From assembly GCA_004524535.1 (NCBI GenBank), contig SDNY01000064.1, positions 1-20,764 on the forward strand: DNA of 20,764 nt, given 5' to 3'. Below the pieces are notes generated by a model that saw only the letters and a list, made by a program, of their open reading frames with translations, had not been told where the DNA came from and did no database searches. Shown piece by piece: positions 1 to 9,269 of this stretch. Each line of letters starts with the position of its first letter. Position 1 is the stretch's first letter. The position numbers and the translations under genes were made by a program. Source of the DNA: Promethearchaeota archaeon (GTDB taxonomy: Archaea; Asgardarchaeota; Lokiarchaeia; Sigyniarchaeales; SOKP01).

Positions 1-285
1 TTCATCTATTAGAGCGAAAGACACATAATCTTCAGGGGCAAAAGCAACCTCAATCGAACCGCCATGCGAAATTGGTACAGCGTCTTCTACAATTACATTT
101 TTAATGCCCTTTTTATTTGGATCACCGGCGACGCGTCCAATTAAAATCCCCATTACTTCTCTGTACTGTCTCTGATCTCTTACTCGATTACCAAATCTTA
201 AAATATGAACAAGCATTTTGTAATAGGCGAGTGGTTTAATAAAGACGGGTCTATCGCTATCTTGATGACGTTTACTCAAATTCAT
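1..285 (-). CDS. MPN/JAB1 (Mov34) domain protein, Rpn11/CSN5-like; N-terminal part, runs off the window edge
   Basis: Missing from the ORF track. Manual translation from ATG 285 (or TTG 279): MNLSKRHQDSDRPVFIKPLAYYKMLVHILRFGNRVRDQRQYREVMGILIGRVAGDPNKKGIKNVIVEDAVPISHGGSIEVAFAPEDYVSFALIDE, open to position 1. 'LAxxKMxxH...EVMGxLxG...V.DA.P' is the N-terminal MPN+ signature, including the JAMM glutamate. Confidence 0.9.
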   Translation of the reverse strand, partial: MNLSKRHQDSDRPVFIKPLAYYKMLVHILRFGNRVRDQRQYREVMGILIGRVAGDPNKKGIKNVIVEDAVPISHGGSIEVAFAPEDYVSFALIDE

Positions 286-391
286 TCACTTTTTTTTAAA
301 ATTTAGATTTGTTAATTCTTATTATTAATATAATTTAACGATTTTAAAATACTATTTATGGAATAAAAAAGAGTAAAATTTTTCCTAAATA

Positions 392-1120
392 TTAATGTTT
401 ATGAGGAATTTCTTTACCGCAGTCCGGGCAGTATTTAGGAATCAAATTTTTACCGCAATAAGGGCAAAATTCTGATGATTTTTCACTAACTTCCTCTGTC
501 GAAACTACAGCAGATGATTTTTCACTAACTTTTTCTGTCGAAACTTCAGCAGATGCAGGAGTTTCTTGAGGAGTCCCTCCTGGAATTGAAGGTAATTTTC
601 TTTTTGTTTTTATAGTAGATGAAGCAGATGCCTGTTCTTCTTTTGCTCTTTCAGCAGCCACTCTTTCTTTAAATGCTTTTCGCTGTTCTTCTAACTTCTC
701 CTCTTGAGTTTGTTCACTTTCTTGTTTCACCCAACCAGGACCTTTAAAAGCACCTTTGATCTCGCTATCAGGTACTTTTTCTAATTCAACTTTTTTCGTT
801 TCAGCAATAGGTGCAACAGCTCTTTTTTCTTGTTTTTTACTAATTGCTTGTTTTATTAACGCTTGAGTTGTTTTCATAATTTGGTGTGGGTTTATATTTG
901 GTAGCGTAATAGTTCGTAGGACCCAGCCAACAATATAATTCTGATTTGGAAAGTCTCCATCTCCCATTTCAGCATCTTTATATACATAAGAATCGATTAC
1001 GTCCTTGCCTTTAAGAAGGCGAGACGCCCAGCGTTTATTTATAAGTCCCAGTTGTAATCGATAAGAAGTACCTGAAATTCCCAATTGGGATGATAAGGGG
1101 ATGAAACCTTGTTCTGTAAT
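392..1120 (-). CDS. Uncharacterised protein: N-terminal globular domain, charged low-complexity linker, C-terminal double zinc ribbon
   Basis: C-terminal CPYCG...CPDCG and an E/K/S-rich linker. The track start is TTG 1084, but the frame is open to ATT 1120, which has AAGGTGA 6 nt upstream. Confidence 0.8.
   Translation of the reverse strand: MTEQGFIPLSSQLGISGTSYRLQLGLINKRWASRLLKGKDVIDSYVYKDAEMGDGDFPNQNYIVGWVLRTITLPNINPHQIMKTTQALIKQAISKKQEKRAVAPIAETKKVELEKVPDSEIKGAFKGPGWVKQESEQTQEEKLEEQRKAFKERVAAERAKEEQASASSTIKTKRKLPSIPGGTPQETPASAEVSTEKVSEKSSAVVSTEEVSEKSSEFCPYCGKNLIPKYCPDCGKEIPHKH
474..555. repeat. 39-bp in-frame tandem duplication (2 copies + 4 nt)
   Basis: 474-512 gatgatttttcactaacttcctctgtcgaaactacagca vs 513-551 gatgatttttcactaactttttctgtcgaaacttcagca, 36/39 identical. 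Encodes SAEVSTEKVSEKS / SAVVSTEEVSEKS. Confidence 0.95.
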
Positions 1121-1126
1121 GATATT

Positions 1127-1133
1127 TCACCTT
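1127..1133 (-). promoter_or_regulatory. Archaeal-type Shine-Dalgarno site (AAGGTGA)
   Basis: + strand tcacctt at 1127-1133, with a 6-nt spacer to the in-frame ATT at 1120. Confidence 0.6.
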
Positions 1134-1281
1134 ATTATTATTGTAATATTTTGATTATGATTATTATAATAATTATAATTTTACTAATTTATAATTTTAT
1201 ATGCAAGAAAAAGCATAAATAGAAAAAGTTTTATTATGAATTAACAAGTTTAAAAATAAATAAAAAGACTCATAATAAAAA

Positions 1282-2238
1282 ATGACTGTAATTATCCCAA
1301 AAAAAGCTTATTTAACTATTGTAGCAGCGTCTGTTAGATTTGCAAATCCTAAGATTCCCTTTGACGATTGGTTAGAAATATATGGTATTTTTACGGGAAA
1401 ATCTTCCAAGAATGGTAAGGATTTAATAATTACTAAAGCATATAATATTACACACCAAGTAAAAAGGGAAGAGGATATAATAGACAAGGTATATTGGTCT
1501 GATGAAGATTATATCTCATTTAGTATAATTGATGACGATGCGTTTTCAAAAGGCGAATATACTGTAGGATGGTATCATTCTCATCCTGGTCACAGAGTTA
1601 TGATGACTAGTTTAGATATACGCACTACAGCAACTTATCAACAATATAATCCTCTCGCAATATCTCTTGTATTTAATCCGCAACGATTAATCAGACAAAT
1701 TGAAATCGCTGAAAGAAAAGGATATCCCGAACTTAGATTAGAAAACGATCCCGGCTTTAAAATCTTTAGATTGGACAATCCTGAAAATGCGGATTCAAAT
1801 TACCACGAAGTTTTTGATTATAAGATTGATGGATTTGAAAGTGAAGAGCAATTAGTCGAATATTCTCAAAAGTTCGCTAAGGATATAACAAATTTATTTC
1901 CTAACGATAATGTCGTTGAATCATATAACAATTACGTCAATGATAAATTAACAAAATTAAATTCATTATTCATGGGAACTGAAGATTATTTGAAATCATT
2001 AGCTCGAAAAGGCGAAAAAAGTAGGATCCCTGAAGTTTTAGAAAATCAAAAAAAAGAGATTAATCAATTTGTAGCAGAAACATTTATGAAAATAGAAAAT
2101 ATGAAAGAATTCCTTGATTATCTCGAATATAAAGAAAGAGATGTGATAATTCCAAAAGTGAAGGACGTCTTATCCAATTGGGATGAAAAAATTTCTAATT
2201 TAGAAGAGAATTTAAAGGAATTATCAAAAAAATTCTAA
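1282..2238 (+). CDS. MPN+/JAMM metalloprotease (deubiquitinase/desampylase-like) with helical/coiled-coil C-terminus
   Basis: WLEIYG glutamate; VGWYHSHPGHRVMMTSLD = H-x-H-x7-T-x2-D JAMM motif (Thr in place of Ser); 'YQQYNPLAISLVFNP' fits the post-JAMM MPN segment; heptad-like C-terminus. Confidence 0.9.
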   Translation: MTVIIPKKAYLTIVAASVRFANPKIPFDDWLEIYGIFTGKSSKNGKDLIITKAYNITHQVKREEDIIDKVYWSDEDYISFSIIDDDAFSKGEYTVGWYHSHPGHRVMMTSLDIRTTATYQQYNPLAISLVFNPQRLIRQIEIAERKGYPELRLENDPGFKIFRLDNPENADSNYHEVFDYKIDGFESEEQLVEYSQKFAKDITNLFPNDNVVESYNNYVNDKLTKLNSLFMGTEDYLKSLARKGEKSRIPEVLENQKKEINQFVAETFMKIENMKEFLDYLEYKERDVIIPKVKDVLSNWDEKISNLEENLKELSKKF

Positions 2239-2435
2239 ATTACTTAAAATCTATTTTTTATTCTCTACTTCCAAAAAAGCTTTTAATATTTTTTACAGAT
2301 TAACATTAAAAATATTATAATTTCTACTTTCTTTTTCTATTATCGCAAATTTAAAGTTCATAATAATATTTTTGATAATTGGGTTTGTAAAGAAAACTTA
2401 TTAATTGCTTTTACCTTACTATTTTTAAAAATTAT

Positions 2436-4655
2436 TTGACTAAATACACGATGAAAAAGATTAATTTTCCCTTCACAGCGATCCTAGGACAAGATAAAAT
2501 GAAAATGGGCTTAATTTTAAATGTAATTGATCCTCAAATAGGTGGAGTTTTGCTAACAGGGCATCAAGGAACGGGCAAGTCGACTGCTGTTAGATCTTTA
2601 GTTGAAGTTATGCCTAAAATTGAGATTTTTGAGGATTGCCAATTCTCTTGCGATCCAAAATCTAATATCGACGATTTGTGTGCTTCTTGTCGAGAGAAAA
2701 AGAAAACAGGTAACTTCAAAACAATTATTAGGGAAATGAAAATTGTGGATCTGCCACTAGGATCAACCGAAGACATGGTGGTGGGGTCATTATCCATTGA
2801 TAAGGTACTTACTCAGGGGACATCAGAACTTCATCCAGGACTATTAGCAAAAGCTAATCGAGGTATATTATATGTTGATGAAATAAATCTTTTACAAGAC
2901 CACATAGTTGACGTTCTTTTGGATGCCGCAGCGTCAGGAATCAACATAATAGAGCGTGAGGGAATATCAGTTTCTCATCCATCTCGATTTGTCTTGGTCG
3001 GCTCTATGAACCCCGAGGAAGGGGAATTGAGGCCACAGATCGCTGATAGGTTAGGTTTAGAAGTTAAAATAAAGGCACCGCGAGATCCTAAGTTGCGGGC
3101 CGAAATTACTAAAAGAGTAATAGAATTTGATGATAATCCAAAGGATTTTATTAAGAACTATGAAGAAGAGCAGGAAAAATTAAGGCAAAAAATACTTAAT
3201 GCGAGAAAGATCATTAGTTCGGTTGAAATTCCAGCGCGTATGTACGAATTAGTATCGAAAATTGTTAATGATCTTGGAATTTTTTCACAAAGAGCAGATA
3301 TAACATTCATTAGATGTGCTAGGGCGAACGCTGCTTTAAATGGTAGACGGAAGATTGAACAAGAGGATCTTAATGTTGCTATGGACTTAGTTTTTGAGCA
3401 TCGGATTGCATCGTTGCATTATGAACTGACTCCTAATGAAATTAAAGCGAAAATTGCAGAAGTTTATGGAAAAATTGAAGAAGCAATCGAAGATCCAAAA
3501 GTATATAAATCTAATCCGGAAACTGAAGGGCCTTTAAAGCACGATGATACACCTCAAGAAGACTTTAAGCGACAACCTATTGATCCTGATAAAGTGGATG
3601 TTGGAGAAACAAAAGAACAAAAATTACCTCCTCCTAAATATCCAGATAAGAAAAAGAGAAAAGCAAAACCAGCAGGAGGTTGGAAAGTTAAAGATATACC
3701 ATTTGAAGAAGCAGATGATTTTAATTTATCAGATGATGATTTTGATATAACTTCATTTGTTTATAGGATGGAAAAGAAAATGAATTCTATTTTAGATAAT
3801 ATTCGCAAAGATCGTAGAGTTTCTGATTATGGAGGTCGGGGAATTGGTCGTAGAATTAAAATAGCATCATCTCAAAAAGGAAGGTATGTATCATATCGGA
3901 CTCCTAGAGGTCAGCGACCAAAAAGTATAGCTTTAGATGCGACAATTAGGAACTACTTAAAAAATATTGTGTACAATCAAACGGAAATTAGCTTTCCAAT
4001 TCGATTTAATAAATATGATTTAATGGATAAAATCTATGAATATCGAGCACCATTAGCGCTATTTTTTGTTCTTGACAGTTCTGCGTCAATGTACTATGTT
4101 ATTAAACAAATGACTGATGTTATTTTATCTTTACAAAAGGAAGGATATAGAAAAAGAGATAAAATTTGCCTTATAATCTTTAGAGGTAAAGAGGCTGTTG
4201 TCCTGCAAAAGCCGACTGTTATTTTTAAATATGCTTTAAATAAAATAAAAAAAATAGAGGGAAAGTCATATACACCAATGGCAGCTGCCTTAAGGAAAGT
4301 TATGGACTTAATAAAGGCAGAGAAAATGAAAAATAAAAATATTGTTCCCGTAATTTTTATTTGTTCAGACTGTGGTGCTAATATCTCAGCGAAATATCCT
4401 GATTTGATAGCTCAAATCGAAAGTGATTATGTCGTAATTATTCAGGAATTAAAAGAATTAACCAAAAAGCTGTCAAAACAAAAAGTTCATCTAGTTGTGT
4501 TAGAACCAAAAAAATCATACGCAACGCAGGCACTTGGGGTACATCCATATTCTGCTGATAAAATTAAGAAAAATTTCAAAAGGTATGGAGGAGCTGAGAT
4601 ATATAAATTCGATAAATATGATGCTCTACAATTAATTTTAAAAAAAATAATTTAG
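2436..4655 (+). CDS. Mg/Co-chelatase ChlD/BchD-like AAA+ ATPase fused to a C-terminal vWA domain
   Basis: [10 protein letters not shown]-terminus, Walker [10 protein letters not shown], '[16 protein letters not shown]' Walker B, '[13 protein letters not shown]', acidic/Pro-rich linker, vWA MIDAS DSSAS...YTP...SD. Start is TTG 2436 or ATG 2451. Confidence 0.9.
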   Translation: MTKYTMKKINFPFTAILGQDKMKMGLILNVIDPQIGGVLLTGHQGTGKSTAVRSLVEVMPKIEIFEDCQFSCDPKSNIDDLCASCREKKKTGNFKTIIREMKIVDLPLGSTEDMVVGSLSIDKVLTQGTSELHPGLLAKANRGILYVDEINLLQDHIVDVLLDAAASGINIIEREGISVSHPSRFVLVGSMNPEEGELRPQIADRLGLEVKIKAPRDPKLRAEITKRVIEFDDNPKDFIKNYEEEQEKLRQKILNARKIISSVEIPARMYELVSKIVNDLGIFSQRADITFIRCARANAALNGRRKIEQEDLNVAMDLVFEHRIASLHYELTPNEIKAKIAEVYGKIEEAIEDPKVYKSNPETEGPLKHDDTPQEDFKRQPIDPDKVDVGETKEQKLPPPKYPDKKKRKAKPAGGWKVKDIPFEEADDFNLSDDDFDITSFVYRMEKKMNSILDNIRKDRRVSDYGGRGIGRRIKIASSQKGRYVSYRTPRGQRPKSIALDATIRNYLKNIVYNQTEISFPIRFNKYDLMDKIYEYRAPLALFFVLDSSASMYYVIKQMTDVILSLQKEGYRKRDKICLIIFRGKEAVVLQKPTVIFKYALNKIKKIEGKSYTPMAAALRKVMDLIKAEKMKNKNIVPVIFICSDCGANISAKYPDLIAQIESDYVVIIQELKELTKKLSKQKVHLVVLEPKKSYATQALGVHPYSADKIKKNFKRYGGAEIYKFDKYDALQLILKKII

Positions 4656-4952
4656 ATATAATTTTAGAATTGAAAAAGATTCTTTAACAATATATCTCGC
4701 TTCTTATATTTATTCTTTATACTAATTTGCTGTCAATAATGTGAAATTTATTTTAATTGTGGGATTAAATATGGATGATGACAGTTCTATTGCTCATTTA
4801 ATTCTAAGCAGACTGAATACCTTATAATTCCATGTATAATTTTTCGTATAGTGATTGCTATTTGTTGCATTTAAGCAAGATAAAGCAAGGTTTAAATATA
4901 CAAAAACGTTTAAATACTAATATAGAACTTAAATTTGAGGCGATTAAATAAT

Positions 4953-5498
4953 ATGGATGATTTAATTAAGCAGAGAATAGCTTTTATATTTGGATCAATA
5001 TTGTTAATCTTAGGGATTCTATTATTTATATTCGCATCAATACGTTTAATTGAGGGCGTCTTTATTCTGATTTCAATGATTTGCTTTCCTATTGGATTAT
5101 TTCTGGTAATTAAGGGTTCTAAACCTAGAATAAAAGGCATAATTATGTTTGCTATTGGAGTTCTAATTAGTATTTTTTCGATTACCCTTTTAGTTATAAA
5201 TATTACTTATATTGATTTATTAATTGCTTTAATAATTCTTCTTCTTCTTCTATGGATGTGTTTTTTTATTTTACCGGGTTTAATATTAATTATTAAAGAG
5301 GAAATAGGACCATCCTGTATATTTCCATGTATATTCGTTGTAATTTATCTTTTTTGGTTTTTCCTTATCATGGGTGTGGGTGCATCTCTCTATCGAGTTG
5401 AATATAGAGAATTTTTCTTTCAAAACTTTTTACCAGTATCTGCTTTCTGTTTTTTTATAACCTCTCTTATAACAGGATTAGGATATATAACCCAATAA
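4953..5498 (+). CDS. Hypothetical multi-pass membrane protein (about 6 TM)
   Basis: Almost entirely hydrophobic segments with short polar loops. ATG 4953 is preferred to the track's TTG 4935 because GAGG lies upstream. Confidence 0.7.
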   Translation: MDDLIKQRIAFIFGSILLILGILLFIFASIRLIEGVFILISMICFPIGLFLVIKGSKPRIKGIIMFAIGVLISIFSITLLVINITYIDLLIALIILLLLLWMCFFILPGLILIIKEEIGPSCIFPCIFVVIYLFWFFLIMGVGASLYRVEYREFFFQNFLPVSAFCFFITSLITGLGYITQ

Positions 5499-5538
5499 AG
5501 TTGGGATTAAATCGAAAGCTCTGTTTATTTAATTTTTT

Positions 5539-6483
5539 TTATTGTTTTTTTGCATACTCTAAAGCTATTTCCGTAGCCTCATTTATTAATTCTAAATGTC
5601 TTTTTCCGAAGGATTTTAATAATTTTCTATAAAGTCCAGGACATAATCCTTGTAAAAATTGCATCAGTCTTCCATAACGTCTCTCAAAAATATATAATTT
5701 TTTCTTTTTAATCTTTTTAATAAAACGTTTTACAGCTCGCTCTACGGGAAATCCTCCAGCAAAACCATTATATATTCCTTGCTTTTTAGTGAATTCTTCC
5801 CAATAATGTCTTTTCCCTATTTTAAGGGCTTCCTGCATAACATCAACATTAATTCCTTCCAATTTTTCAGGGGATATGCCAAATCCAACTGATTCAATTA
5901 AATTTGTTCTAATTGGAAAAGGACAAATTACTGACACATCAATTCCTTTATGACTATATTCACCATAGAGTGATTCACAAAATCCTGCATTCGCAAATTT
6001 TGATGTGTTATATGGATTTAAGCCCCCCACTCCTAAACTTCCTGCAATAGAAGCCGTTACAATGATGTGTCCATGGCTCTGCTCTATTAATTTAGGTATA
6101 AACGCTTTTACTACATAATACATGCCAAATAAATTGACATTTATGGTTCTCTCCCATTGGGCTTGAGCTATATCCTCAAATGGCCCACCTGTAGCGATAC
6201 CTGCATTACTAAAAAGAAAATGAATATCTTCTAATTCCTTAATTGAAATTTTAGCTAAATTTCTTACTTGGGAATTTTTTGTCACATCACAATTAACTGA
6301 GATTACTTTTATAGAAAATTGTTCTAATTCTTTTCTTAGTAATTCTAACTTTTCCATATTGATATCAGAGATTACGAGATTACATCCATATTTTGCTAAG
6401 TTTAAAGCAAATTCTCGTCCAATACCACTGGCAGCCCCTGTTATAACAGCACTTTTTCCGTTAAAAAACTTCTTGCTTTTCAT
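5539..6483 (-). CDS. Short-chain dehydrogenase/reductase (classical SDR)
   Basis: TGAASGIG Rossmann motif, CDV, SNAG, TAS, catalytic YNTSK, ICP. Confidence 0.95.
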   Translation of the reverse strand: MKSKKFFNGKSAVITGAASGIGREFALNLAKYGCNLVISDINMEKLELLRKELEQFSIKVISVNCDVTKNSQVRNLAKISIKELEDIHFLFSNAGIATGGPFEDIAQAQWERTINVNLFGMYYVVKAFIPKLIEQSHGHIIVTASIAGSLGVGGLNPYNTSKFANAGFCESLYGEYSHKGIDVSVICPFPIRTNLIESVGFGISPEKLEGINVDVMQEALKIGKRHYWEEFTKKQGIYNGFAGGFPVERAVKRFIKKIKKKKLYIFERRYGRLMQFLQGLCPGLYRKLLKSFGKRHLELINEATEIALEYAKKQ

Positions 6484-6591
6484 TATCTTAATTCACTTGC
6501 CATTTCTAACAATAAATTCTAGAATTAAGGAGAATTTAATTAAATTAGTATAATAAATATTTCTTTAAATTCCCTATCTATTATTTTATTA

Positions 6592-7836
6592 ATGGCTAAA
6601 AATTCACGATCCGTATTAGTCGTAGGATTCAATACACGCCCTCTCACTTATTCTTTAAATAAGGCAGGATACGATGTATATGCGGTTGATTTTTTTGGCG
6701 ATTTAGACTTATATCCAAATGTAAAAGATTGCCTAATCGTAATAAAAGAATTAGAAACTACTTACGATCTTTTTAAAAATAAGTATAGTATTTTTTTAGC
6801 TAATTTTACAATCGAAATATTACAAAAATATCCAAATATTGAATATTTAATAATAGGGAGTGGTTTAGACGATGCTTTTGAGGAAAGGGAGGCGATTTTA
6901 AAGGAAATAAAAAAAGATCAATATTCTATAAAAAATTTAAATAACTCTATAGAATCAATTAAAATAGCCAGAAATATCGACTTTGTGTACAATATGATAT
7001 CATCAAAAGGATATAAAATTCCCCTTACTCTCCCATATGAAAAAATTAAATCAAAAGAAAATGTGTTGAAATATCCGTTTGTTATAAAGAAAAAAACGGG
7101 AGCCGGAGGTATTAACATTTATAAAATGGAAAATGAAAACAGTTTATCATCATTTTTACAAACACAAAAGCCGAAAGGTTTTAAAGAATCAGAATGGTTA
7201 GTTCAAGAATTCATAGAAGGTATACCGGTGAGTTGTACTACAATTTCAAATGGAGAAGAATGCGAAGTTATTTCTATCAATAGACAAATTATTGGTTTAA
7301 AATTTCTTAATCCACCTAAAGAATTTATGTATTGTGGCAATATTGTTCCTGCTTATTTATTTAAAGAAGATGAGGAATTAATCTCTGAAATTTCAATAAC
7401 TTTAACTAAAGAGCTCGGATTAAAGGGGATTAATGGATTTGATTTTGTGTTAAAAAATCATTATCCTTATCTAATGGAGATCAATCCAAGAATTCCTGGT
7501 TCAATTAATGTTTCGGAAACTGTCCTTGATCTAAACTTAATGGATTTGCATATTAAAAGTTTTGATGCAACTAAGTGGGATAAAATTGAAAAAAACCTTA
7601 ATTTAGCTAAATCTAAAGGATTTGCTACCAAATTAATTATGTTTGCTCCTAAAGAAATATATAGAGATAAAATAGAACAACTAAATCAACTTGAAAACAT
7701 ACACGATAAAACTGAGCCAAAAATTATATCAAAAGGCACCCCTATATGTACAATATTATATAAGGATAAGAACTTTTCAAGATCTTTTTTTGGAGCGTTA
7801 AAAATTGCCGATGAAATAAAGAAAATCATTGGTTAA
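6592..7836 (+). CDS. ATP-grasp family ligase (archaeal/methylotroph ATP-grasp_3 type)
   Basis: 'VYAVDFFGDLD' N-terminal motif, PFVIKKKTGAGG, LVQEFIEG, YCGN, GFDF, YLMEINPR. Confidence 0.85.
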   Translation: MAKNSRSVLVVGFNTRPLTYSLNKAGYDVYAVDFFGDLDLYPNVKDCLIVIKELETTYDLFKNKYSIFLANFTIEILQKYPNIEYLIIGSGLDDAFEEREAILKEIKKDQYSIKNLNNSIESIKIARNIDFVYNMISSKGYKIPLTLPYEKIKSKENVLKYPFVIKKKTGAGGINIYKMENENSLSSFLQTQKPKGFKESEWLVQEFIEGIPVSCTTISNGEECEVISINRQIIGLKFLNPPKEFMYCGNIVPAYLFKEDEELISEISITLTKELGLKGINGFDFVLKNHYPYLMEINPRIPGSINVSETVLDLNLMDLHIKSFDATKWDKIEKNLNLAKSKGFATKLIMFAPKEIYRDKIEQLNQLENIHDKTEPKIISKGTPICTILYKDKNFSRSFFGALKIADEIKKIIG

Positions 7837-7927
7837 TAGAGTAATTAAGAGGAAATTCATAATAAAAAAAGATTAGACTAATTATAATAAATAAATAGGC
7901 TATAATTTTTCTCAATAGTAAGACCAT

Positions 7928-7955
7928 CAAAACGAGTAAAACTGTACTCATTTTA
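7928..7955 (-). ncRNA. Hairpin just downstream of tnpB; probable 3' part of the omegaRNA / right end
   Basis: Minus-strand RNA UAAAAUGAGUA-CAGUUU-UACUCGUUUUG forms an 11-bp stem with two U-G pairs. These pair only on the tnpB-coding strand. Confidence 0.5.
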
Positions 7956-7957
7956 TT

Positions 7958-9166
7958 TCAAATAATCATATCAACAATAGTATGTTGGATTATTTGTGGC
8001 ATCAGTCCGAATGCCTCTATCCCATCAACCGAAATGGCATTTGGGAATGCTTTTTTCATGATATTATATGCGCCGTTTACATCAGCGTTAATAATCGTTC
8101 CATCAGAAGCACGAAAAAGACCTCGTCTAATCCGTTTCCCGAGATATATATTATGTTTTTTGATTTTTTCCTTATCTAAGAAACTACATTTTGAAGTATA
8201 AGCCTCATCATCCGTGATATAGTGAATCCCCACTAATTCTGCTTTATATTTGATTTGGAGTAGTAACTTAGAAAAAGGAATTTGAACAAAATTCTGATTA
8301 TTTCGCTTTCCTATATTAATGTCTTGTTTCCATTCTTTATTATATCCGATTACAATACTCCCTATGTTATGCTGAATGCAATATTCTACAATATATCGAG
8401 ATGTTCGATGAAAGAGAGTGGTGATTTTATTAGTTCGTTTTAAATGGAGTCTCTTGATTCGCTTGGTATCCTTGAAATAACCTTTCCTATTTTCTATACT
8501 CCTATAATTTGCTAACTGTTTGTTGTAAAATTGATTTATGGATTTTAATACCTTACCTTTAATAATAATTGGTTCTTGACCAATATTATTTACAGCATTT
8601 ATAAGGTTATTTAATCCCAAATCAATCGCTAAAACATTATTTTGATTTAAATGAAAATTTTGCACTTCTTTCTCATACACTATTTCAACCTTATATTTTG
8701 TACCTAAGGGGATTATTCTTACTTCTTTTAACTTATCTTTTATTCTGATCTTTATAGGTGCAATATTAATCCTTTTTGGAAAATATAAATATCCATCTTT
8801 GATTTTACATTGCTGATTCGTAAAAATAATAATAGTTTCTCCATTTTTGTTCTTATATCTTGGTATTCTTGGTTTTTTCTTAAATTTTTTATAATTCTTT
8901 TTATATTCTTGTAGTGCTTTAAAATATGATTTCCAATTTCTCCTTACTACTTTTAAAATCTGTTGAGAGGTCTGAGAAGGTAACTTTCTATAGGCTTCTT
9001 TATGCTTGAGAATAAAATCCAAATCATAATAACTGAGGGTATTATTTAGTTGAAAAAAATCTTGTCTTACATACCAATTCGCTGAATTATACAAATCTTT
9101 CGCTAAATGGCATAATATAGAAAGTTCTTTTGAATATGGTACTTGAATTTGTTCAGTTAATCTCAT
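7958..9166 (-). CDS. tnpB: RNA-guided endonuclease TnpB
   Basis: 'AKDLYN' N-terminus, LPSQTSQQ, PRIPRY, RuvC-I LAIDLGLNN, RuvC-II region IVIGYN...DEAYTSKCS, 'KRIRRGLF', RuvC-III INADVNGAYNI; 402 aa. Confidence 0.95.
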   Translation of the reverse strand: MRLTEQIQVPYSKELSILCHLAKDLYNSANWYVRQDFFQLNNTLSYYDLDFILKHKEAYRKLPSQTSQQILKVVRRNWKSYFKALQEYKKNYKKFKKKPRIPRYKNKNGETIIIFTNQQCKIKDGYLYFPKRINIAPIKIRIKDKLKEVRIIPLGTKYKVEIVYEKEVQNFHLNQNNVLAIDLGLNNLINAVNNIGQEPIIIKGKVLKSINQFYNKQLANYRSIENRKGYFKDTKRIKRLHLKRTNKITTLFHRTSRYIVEYCIQHNIGSIVIGYNKEWKQDINIGKRNNQNFVQIPFSKLLLQIKYKAELVGIHYITDDEAYTSKCSFLDKEKIKKHNIYLGKRIRRGLFRASDGTIINADVNGAYNIMKKAFPNAISVDGIEAFGLMPQIIQHTIVDMII

Positions 9167-9252
9167 TTTCTCTTAGTAAATAATGAGTGTGCTTTTTATA
9201 ATGAGTAATGGATGAGAGATTTACTGATTTATCAAAAAGTATCATTGTTAAA

Positions 9253-9269
9253 ATTTGATAATATCAAAT
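9253..9269. repeat. Perfect 8-1-8 inverted repeat between divergent tnpB and the coiled-coil gene
   Basis: atttgata-a-tatcaaat. Confidence 0.7.

Noticed and set aside
1153-1179. attataat-a-attataat palindrome and (g/t)att(a) repeats in the divergent promoter region
   Set aside because: Low-complexity A/T sequence expected at this base composition.
2436-4655. Calling this gene chlD/bchD as evidence of chlorophyll synthesis
   Set aside because: ChlD-like proteins are common in non-phototrophic archaea and no tetrapyrrole pathway genes are nearby.
4771-4827. Mini ORF MDDDSSIAHLILSRLNTL
   Set aside because: Only 18 codons, with no motif or other support.
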